DNA from: Gallionella sp.
GTDB taxonomy: Bacteria > Pseudomonadota > Gammaproteobacteria > Burkholderiales > Gallionellaceae
DNA length: 64,000 nucleotides
Direction: 5' to 3'
NCBI GenBank assembly: GCA_041741275.1
Contig: JBGSKJ010000144.1
Location: 1,259-65,258 of the forward strand
The notes beneath the pieces are model-generated. The model saw nothing but the letters and a program-made list of their open reading frames with translations. It ran no database searches and had not been told where the DNA came from. The position numbers and the translations under genes were made by a program. This document shows positions 59,717 through 64,000 of this stretch, one piece after another. Positions within the stretch are counted from its first letter, which is position 1; every line of letters begins with the position of its first letter.

Positions 59717-59759
59717 AAAAAATCAGCAGATGACCGTTAGCGCGACCACCCGCTGATTT
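59717..59759 (-). terminator. possible terminator after the cytochrome c gene
   Basis: Minus strand: AAAUCAGC-24 nt-GCUGAUUU followed by UUUAAAGG. The loop is long. Confidence 0.35.
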
Positions 59760-59761
59760 AT

Positions 59762-60280
59762 TTATTTGTCGTAGCCGATACCGGATCCCTTCCATGGATA
59801 ACCGGGGCCCGATTTCACCACGACAGGTCCAGTCTGCCTGGTTGCCAGGCCCGGTTCGATCTTGATCCCGCGGTGCATATAAAAAGCATATGCCTCCATC
59901 GCAGTCATGTCATCACCGTTGACATCCAGTGCTGCCCCCATCTGCGGAACCATGATGCACCAGTTGATCATTTCGCGTAGCGGAATGACCTTGCCCAGAT
60001 TCGCCTGATACTTGGGGAATGTCTGAGGATTAGCCGCTGCCGCGTCCGGGTGACAGTTGCCGCATGCCAGCCCGTTGGTTTGCATCGACGGAAGAGTGCC
60101 GTGCCATAGATCACGGCCATGATTCACCGCAGCGAGCAGCGCCTTTTCCTGTGCAGCCAGTTCAGCTTTGGTAAATGGCTCTCTGGCTGCTGCCGGGTTG
60201 GACGCAAGCAATCCAAGCAATGCAGCAGGGACGATCAAACCCATGGCAACGTTAAAACGATTTTTGGTAGTCAGTTTCAT
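59762..60280 (-). CDS. periplasmic monoheme c-type cytochrome, candidate His/Cys-ligated SoxA/TsdA-like type
   Basis: 172 aa; signal peptide, CGNCH at residues 73-77, conserved-looking IPLREMINWC with Cys108. AAGGAGG upstream. Confidence 0.8.
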   Translation of the reverse strand: MKLTTKNRFNVAMGLIVPAALLGLLASNPAAAREPFTKAELAAQEKALLAAVNHGRDLWHGTLPSMQTNGLACGNCHPDAAAANPQTFPKYQANLGKVIPLREMINWCIMVPQMGAALDVNGDDMTAMEAYAFYMHRGIKIEPGLATRQTGPVVVKSGPGYPWKGSGIGYDK

Positions 60281-60293
60281 CTCTATGTCCTCC

Positions 60294-61313
60294 TTAGACT
60301 TTGAAGCCGTTTTTCATGGCCGGAGTCAGCATGTCACCGAACGGCTGGTAATGATGCATAGCCGTAAAGTTGCTCTCCAGATCGATATACTGACTACCTT
60401 CTCCATCTTCAAAGTTTCCCGGATCAGAACGATTCATCTGATGCTGAGGATAGGCCAGTTTCACATCAGGGTAGGGCCACGGCCAGGAGGTGGACAACGT
60501 CCCCACCGATCCCATGTTGCCGATCTTGTTGTATACCGTTTGATGCACGTGCCCGTGGAATGACATGACACGCTCGAACTTCGACAGGATCTCGCGGATC
60601 TCCGGCGCATCCGAAGTCTGGAAATTCCAGCGCGGGTAGTAGTCCCACAATGGTGAATGAGTAAAGGTAACGACTGGGGTATCCGATGCGAGGTTCTTCA
60701 CATCTTTCTTCAGCCAATCAAGCTGCTCCGCGTGCACACCCCACGGACCGGCAATAGGGCTCTCCAGCATTTCCATCACATCCATTCTTTCCTTGGCGGA
60801 CAACCCGGCCGGAGTCCAGAAATCTTTAACCAGGATAGAGTTCATCCCGATGAAGTGCACGCCTTTGTGATCGAATGACCAGGTTGGACTGCCGAAATGA
60901 CCGCGCCATGCAGCTCCCATATCCAGATACCAATCATGCTCGCCGGGAATGACCTTGAGTGGCATTTTAAGCTTGGAAAGAATCCGCTTGCCCTTCTGCA
61001 ACTGGTCATCGAGACCATTCTGTGCAATGTCGCCGCAATACAGAACAAAATCAGGCATCGGCCTCATGTTGTTGCAGTCATTGACCGCCTTTTCCAGCAT
61101 CGCATCAAATTTGTGATAAGCCTGGCTAAAAAGATGTGCGTCAGTCAGTATCGCGAAACGAAACGGTGTTACTTTTCCCTTGCCGATTGCCGCTTCGGCC
61201 ACTTGCACCATGCCGAAATTAACACCAACAGCACTCGCCGCCATTGTTGCCAACCCGGCCTTGCCCGTAATCGTAAAAAAGTCTCTCCTGCTCATCTTGT
61301 CAAAGTCAGCCAT
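60294..61313 (-). CDS. Tat-exported calcineurin-like metallophosphoesterase
   Basis: Start at MADFDKMSRRDFFTITG (twin-arginine signal) with GAGGAG upstream. Metal motifs ILTDAHL, GDIAQNG, GEHD, FTHSP, HGHVH. Confidence 0.85.
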   Translation of the reverse strand: MADFDKMSRRDFFTITGKAGLATMAASAVGVNFGMVQVAEAAIGKGKVTPFRFAILTDAHLFSQAYHKFDAMLEKAVNDCNNMRPMPDFVLYCGDIAQNGLDDQLQKGKRILSKLKMPLKVIPGEHDWYLDMGAAWRGHFGSPTWSFDHKGVHFIGMNSILVKDFWTPAGLSAKERMDVMEMLESPIAGPWGVHAEQLDWLKKDVKNLASDTPVVTFTHSPLWDYYPRWNFQTSDAPEIREILSKFERVMSFHGHVHQTVYNKIGNMGSVGTLSTSWPWPYPDVKLAYPQHQMNRSDPGNFEDGEGSQYIDLESNFTAMHHYQPFGDMLTPAMKNGFKV

Positions 61314-61508
61314 TTCTTTTCTCCTCTTTGCATGAAAGAAACCCGACAACTCATCGGGCATCAAAAACAACTCGCTGTACTCCAGAGTTCTGCAATATTT
61401 TTGCTTTGTTTGTTGAAGGCTCTGATTTCAAGTACCGTCGGCCACACAACGGCGCTGATTTAAGTCCGAATGCGTGAACTAATCTAACGAATTGTATGAA
61501 TCGCAATC

Positions 61509-61523
61509 ATTGACGCAGTCAAT
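61509..61523. promoter_or_regulatory. palindrome ATTGACGCAGTCAAT (TTGA-N5-TCAA), candidate operator
   Basis: In the 0.57-kb AT-rich spacer between the metallophosphoesterase gene and oxyR. The sister site lies 101 bp away. Confidence 0.35.
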
Positions 61524-61609
61524 CGTGTGCCGATAATCAAGCAACACCACGGACTTCAAGTGCTGAAGTGGCCGCAGCAACATTGCAATGAATTTTGTAA
61601 ATCGAGGTC

Positions 61610-61624
61610 ATTGACAGAATCAAT
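61610..61624. promoter_or_regulatory. palindrome ATTGACAGAATCAAT (TTGA-N5-TCAA), candidate operator
   Basis: Shares the extended TCATTGAC...TCAATC context with 61509-61523. Confidence 0.35.
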
Positions 61625-61878
61625 CATGGGAATTTTCCCCAGCATTGATAATGTGAATTGCTTTACTGGAATCGTTTGTTGATATGGATAGCGGCACATG
61701 TACAGTTTGATAGTGGATTCAAGTGAATTTTTTTCTCAACCATGTGGACACTCACCGAGAACTTGGGCACTGATGCGTCGCTACAAAGCACCTCAACAAT
61801 GTCATTAGAGCTATGCCAGTCTCAATGTAACAAGTGAATTTTATGGAAACTTCTAATCCATTTTATATAAGGCAAACC

Positions 61879-62790
61879 ATGACGCTGCAGGAGTTGCGCT
61901 ATGTGGTGGCACTGGCGGATGCCGGACATTTCGGCCATGCCGCCGAGGTCTGCTGCGTCAGCCAATCAACGCTTTCCACCCAGATCAAAAAGCTGGAGGA
62001 TTATCTCGGCATCACTTTGTTCGATCGCAGCCTGAAATACGTGACCCTCACGCCGGCAGGCAGCGAAATCGTGGATTCCGCCCGGCGCATCATCGAAGAG
62101 GCCAACCGTATTTGCGAGTTATCCCGGCAAATCAAGGACCCTATGGTTCGCTCCATTCATCTCGGCGTCATCCCCACACTTGGGCCGTATTACCTGCCCC
62201 ATGTCCTGCCCCTGGTTCATGAGCACTTCCCAAGATTGCGACTGTTGCTGCGCGAAGAAATGACACCGCACGTGCTTGCCCATTTGACCGAGGGAAAGCT
62301 GGATGCGGGTCTGCTGGCTCTGCCCTTGCCGGTCGACGATCCCGCCATGGAAATCGTGCCGCTATTCTGCGAGCCGTTTCTGGCCGCCGTGCCTGCCGAC
62401 CATCCATTGGCCGCAGCAGGGGAGGTACATATCGATGAACTGGTTCATGCCGGTCTGTTTTTGCTGGAGGAAGGGCACTGCCTGCGCAATCAGGCCCTGG
62501 AAGCTTGCCATCTGACGGAACTCGACAATGAGGAAATTCGTGCGACCAGCCTGGAAACACTCCGCCAGATGGTCGCCATGGGACTTGGAGTCACCTTGAT
62601 CCCGGCACTGGCTGGAATGCAATCTCACGACCTCGGTACCCGTGTCGCACTGCGTCCGCTCGCCGCCCCGGGCGCATCACGCATCATCGGGCTGGTTTGG
62701 CGGCGGCGCTCTCCAATCGCGCCCACCATGGAAAGTTTGGCGAAGTTCCTGAAGGGCTTGTTACCGCCGCAGACTATGGCGGTGAAATGA
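61879..62790 (+). CDS. oxyR: LysR-family peroxide-sensing regulator OxyR
   Basis: Start at MTLQELRYVVALAD. Redox-Cys region LLEEGHCLRNQALEAC matches the OxyR Cys199/Cys208 segment. Confidence 0.85.
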   Translation: MTLQELRYVVALADAGHFGHAAEVCCVSQSTLSTQIKKLEDYLGITLFDRSLKYVTLTPAGSEIVDSARRIIEEANRICELSRQIKDPMVRSIHLGVIPTLGPYYLPHVLPLVHEHFPRLRLLLREEMTPHVLAHLTEGKLDAGLLALPLPVDDPAMEIVPLFCEPFLAAVPADHPLAAAGEVHIDELVHAGLFLLEEGHCLRNQALEACHLTELDNEEIRATSLETLRQMVAMGLGVTLIPALAGMQSHDLGTRVALRPLAAPGASRIIGLVWRRRSPIAPTMESLAKFLKGLLPPQTMAVK

Positions 62791-62829
62791 ATAAAGGTGA
62801 TCCGACTATTTCCCCGAAATGTTGTCTGG

Positions 62830-62859
62830 TTAACAATGCTTTTTTCAAAGGGGTACAAT
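62830..62859 (+). promoter_or_regulatory. possible sigma70 promoter of the charged-repeat protein gene
   Basis: TTAACA, 18 nt, TACAAT, about 47 nt upstream of the ATG. Confidence 0.3.
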
Positions 62860-62905
62860 CCACCCGCACCGAACAACAGTCGTTAACACTTACAGGAGAA
62901 AAGTC

Positions 62906-63337
62906 ATGAAAGTCTTGCCAAGATCCATTGTCGCCGCCGCTATCGTCGCGTCGTTCAGCTTGAGCGCCATCGCCGACGATACCGCGACCAGAGATCGCGA
63001 AACCATGCAAAATGAGATGCAAAATCTGACCCCGGAGCAGCGCGCCGAAAAACGCAAGGAAAGGCGCGAGGAATTCCAGAAGAAATCACCGGAAGAACGC
63101 GAGGCGATACGCAAGCAAATGCGCAAACACCTGGAGAACATGCCCCCTGAGAAGCGCGCGAGGCTACGCGAGGAAATTCGCAAGGATCGTGACCGCATGA
63201 CTTCAGAACAGCGCGCGGAACGCCGCAAGGAGATGCGCGAGCACGTTAAGGAAATGACACCGGAGGAACGAGATGCGATGCGCAACAAGATGCAGGAGCG
63301 CAGGGACAACAGGCGCGACGCCAAACCTGCAAACTGA
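62906..63337 (+). CDS. secreted, highly charged helical-repeat protein (LTxxQ / DUF3106-like repeats)
   Basis: 143 aa; signal peptide, then five repeats of the type (T/S/P)PE(Q/E/K)R(A/D).(K/L/R)R.E. AGGAGA SD. Confidence 0.75.
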   Translation: MKVLPRSIVAAAIVASFSLSAIADDTATRDRETMQNEMQNLTPEQRAEKRKERREEFQKKSPEEREAIRKQMRKHLENMPPEKRARLREEIRKDRDRMTSEQRAERRKEMREHVKEMTPEERDAMRNKMQERRDNRRDAKPAN

Positions 63338-63379
63338 AAGATACCCCCGGCTATCGGGACCGCAGAGCTGCAGCCTCAG

Positions 63380-63574
63380 TTATTTTCCGGCTTTGCCACG
63401 CTGCTGCCCCGAGCGTTCACTCTTCTTCTTCCACTGCGCGTAACACTCCAGACCGCAAAAATGCGCCACATAGTCAGCCGCCTCAGGAACCACCGCCTCG
63501 GATAGCGGAACCTCTTTGCGGCAGATAGTGCAGGACACCTTTTCAACTTCTGACGAACCGGATTTTTTGACCAT
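63380..63574 (-). CDS. small Cys-rich protein (DUF3330-like)
   Basis: 64 aa; CTIC...FCGLEC pattern; GGAGG upstream. Confidence 0.6.
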   Translation of the reverse strand: MVKKSGSSEVEKVSCTICRKEVPLSEAVVPEAADYVAHFCGLECYAQWKKKSERSGQQRGKAGK

Positions 63575-63671
63575 GATGCACCTCCGCTATGCGGGTTGAT
63601 ACTTGGTCAGAATATCGGTGTTTGGTCGACCAAGCAAGCAACAGTATGAGTGACTTATGTCCCGGCACCGG

Positions 63672-64000
63672 TCAGGCTATCGTCGCCCACAGATCATGCT
63701 CGTCCGAATCGGTGATCTTCACTTCAACGAACTGCCCCGCGTTTAACCGCTGACCGTCCTGGATATAAACCAGGCCGTCGATCTCGGGAGCATCGGCGGA
63801 ACTGCGCGCGATCGCGCCGTCCTCATCCACCTCGTCCACCAGTACGGTGATGGTCTTGCCGATCTTGCGCCTGAGGCGCTCCGCGCTGATCTCTTCCTGC
63901 AGCAGCATCAGGCGTGCGAGGCGTTCCTGTTGCACTTCAGGCGGGATGTGATTGGGCAAAGCATTGGCCACTGCGCCATCCACCGGCGAGTAGGCGAATG
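63672..64000 (-). CDS. rimO: ribosomal protein S12 methylthiotransferase RimO, C-terminal (TRAM) part; the gene runs off the window end
   Basis: The frame stays open to the window end. [20 protein letters not shown]...[15 protein letters not shown]...DGLVYI...[15 protein letters not shown] is a RimO TRAM-domain tail. Confidence 0.85.
   Translation of the reverse strand, partial: FAYSPVDGAVANALPNHIPPEVQQERLARLMLLQEEISAERLRRKIGKTITVLVDEVDEDGAIARSSADAPEIDGLVYIQDGQRLNAGQFVEVKITDSDEHDLWATIA

Overview
About 60% G+C chromosomal segment. The gene order (zipA-ligA, pncC-recA-recX, asd-fimV-truA-trpFBA-accD-folC-SPOR-cvpA-purF-metZ, leuCDB, grpE-dnaK-dnaJ) looks betaproteobacterial. A Nitrosomonadales/Gallionellaceae-like origin is my guess and cannot be verified here. 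I call 63 protein genes, two of them truncated by the window edges, and found no rRNA, tRNA or CRISPR. Positions 36.4-51.8 kb form one same-strand fatty-acid beta-oxidation supercluster (fadE-SDR-fadD-thioesterase-fadL-fadB-fadA) that continues into a chalcone-isomerase-like periplasmic protein, an ATP-grasp protein, crcB, a DUF190 gene and a dienelactone hydrolase. The unusual content is mainly at the DNA level. (1) A family of long intergenic hairpins has arms built from short tandem units (GTGAAA/TTTCAC, GGGAAGG/CCTTCCC, ACACGGA/TCCGTGT). One of them, between dnaK and dnaJ, carries a four-helix-bundle (23S-rRNA-IVS protein family) gene in its loop. (2) Two GTAG-headed REP classes are present, next to a REP-associated tyrosine transposase (RAYT) inserted with an orphan MNT antitoxin between fadB and fadA. 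One REP doublet lies in frame inside fadB and one inside the RAYT gene itself. (3) A 63-bp repeat family shows compensatory stem changes. (4) A 141-bp nested palindrome runs from the zipA stop codon to the ligA ribosome-binding site. (5) An AT-rich two-gene cassette (DEDDh exonuclease-BRCT fusion plus an unknown 121-aa protein) sits downstream of ligA. (6) A candidate His/Cys cytochrome c is paired with a Tat-exported metallophosphoesterase, divergent from oxyR. All calls come from reading the sequence and the ORF track by eye. No searches, folding or statistics were run, and family assignments rest on remembered motifs.
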